DNA from: Octopus sinensis
Taxonomy: Eukaryota
DNA length: 64,000 nucleotides
NCBI RefSeq assembly: GCF_006345805.1
Contig: NC_043004.1
Coordinates: forward strand, 6,634,001-6,698,000
Reading direction: 5' to 3'
A program made the translations under genes and the position numbers. Every line of letters starts with the position of its first letter. Position 1 is the stretch's first letter. Of this stretch, positions 62,728 to 64,000 are shown piece after piece. Below the pieces are notes generated by a model that was given only the letters and a program-made list of their open reading frames with translations, was not told the DNA's origin and did not search any database.

Positions 62728-63404
62728 GTTTCCAATAAACATAACTCCACAATTTATATTGATTATCTTTCCTCCTCCTTTTTAACACAAGCTTTTTGAT
62801 GAAGCATGCAAATATACATACATACATACATATGTTCACATATACACACACATACATTTTTACATATTCCTGGAACTTAATTGTGTGTGTACATATGAGA
62901 GAGAGTCACCTGAGAATATAGAGATATATTCCATAATTAAAACTTTATCATACTTTATCTTTTTCTTCTCTTCTGTTGCAGTTTTAAACATTGTCATTTA
63001 GTACATACAGAAACATATACCTATATACAACTAACATATGTATAAAAAAATTTATATTTGTATGTCATAGTAACCAGTAGTTTCAGTTGGGGCTGGGAAT
63101 ATTCAGATAATACATATACATATACATGTACAACAGCTTGATTTGGCTCCACACAACTTAAAGGTTCCTATCTCGTTAAGGTTTCTACATGCCTGACAAG
63201 ATAGGTTCATTTGATGAGCCCGTCAAAGTTGCATGGAGCCAAGTCAAATTGTTATTAAATAATATATGTAATTTCAATGAAATGTGTTGGGTGCCACTTT
63301 TTTTTCATTTGTCCATTCACTCACCCATCATCATCATTTAACATTCATCTTCCATGCTGGCATGGGTTGGAAGGTCTGATAGAAGCAGGCAAGTTAGAGG
63401 ACTG

Positions 63405-63920
63405 CACCAAAGATCCATACTAGAACATATTGTTAACCCTTTTGCATTCAAACTGGCCAGATGCAATCTCTCACACCAACCCTACAATGTCATTCTGAAA
63501 CTAAATCATCTCCTTAATGAAATCTCTAAACTACAACTTAAAGTATGATTAATTTAAAACAATGAAAATAAGTACTACATTTGACAGAGTAATTTGAATA
63601 CTAAAGGGTTAAGAGAGCGCATTCAAAATGAGATAATTTGAGAACAGAGTGGAGTGAACAATGTGACTGCAGAATACCAAAAGCACAAGTTCTGGTGGGC
63701 TGGACATGTTGCAAGGTTCACAGAAAACAGGTGACTTGTGCAGTAGCTGAGTGGTATCCAAGAGATGGGAAAAGGCCACTCAGAAGGCATCCATGACAAT
63801 GAGGAGATGATTTAGTCAAGCAAACTGTGTCAAGATGGAAAAGAATGCACAGTCAAGACAAAATTGAAAGTGTATTGTGACCAGCAGTGTATAAAACCAT
63901 CTGGTATGGTTGATACTGTG

Positions 63921-63925
<5 letters not shown>
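63405..63925 (+). mobile_element. RTE-clade LINE 3' end, split by a TTAA MITE (63432-63612)
   Basis: RERIQNEII*EQSGV...KFWWAGHVARFTENR..AVAEWYPRDGKRP...GDDLVK...RWKRM; short gatact repeat tail; TTAA at both MITE ends. Confidence 0.82.
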
Positions 63926-63970
<45 letters not shown>

Positions 63971-64000
63971 CCCCCTGAGTGGCAGGTAAAATGCACCATC

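Overview
AT-rich, repeat-dense eukaryotic genomic DNA with no long intact ORF. The repeat repertoire strongly suggests an octopus (coleoid cephalopod) genome; this is an inference. It includes dozens of tRNA-derived CORE-type and Meta-type SINEs, RTE LINE tails, Penelope-like fragments with hammerhead motifs, mariner/pogo/piggyBac/hAT MITEs, a fragmented Helitron, and long (TA)n/(CA)n tracts. Almost all ORFs in the supplied track are microsatellite or SINE read-throughs. Recognisable coding relics are a mariner transposase (12.0-13.2 kb), a Helitron Rep-helicase (6.7-8.6 kb), three RTE reverse-transcriptase 3' ends, a pogo-like fragment, a DUF4817-type Tc1/mariner deletion derivative and a probable Penelope RT fragment. 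The window most plausibly lies in the 5' region or giant introns of an unidentified minus-strand gene. Several CpG-retaining islands carry short ATG-started exon candidates ending in GT donors (55.3, 46.6 and 33.2 kb, all phase 0; 18.3 kb, phase 2). The most notable signals are: an inverted pair of minimal hammerhead ribozymes (20.4-20.7 kb); a 37-bp long-range inverted repeat that pairs perfectly only on the minus strand and overlaps one exon candidate (33.2/33.9 kb); a young retroposon carrying nine structured ~61-bp monomers (38.5-39.2 kb); and a strong orientation bias of Meta-SINEs. Repeat boundaries were set by eye and are approximate.
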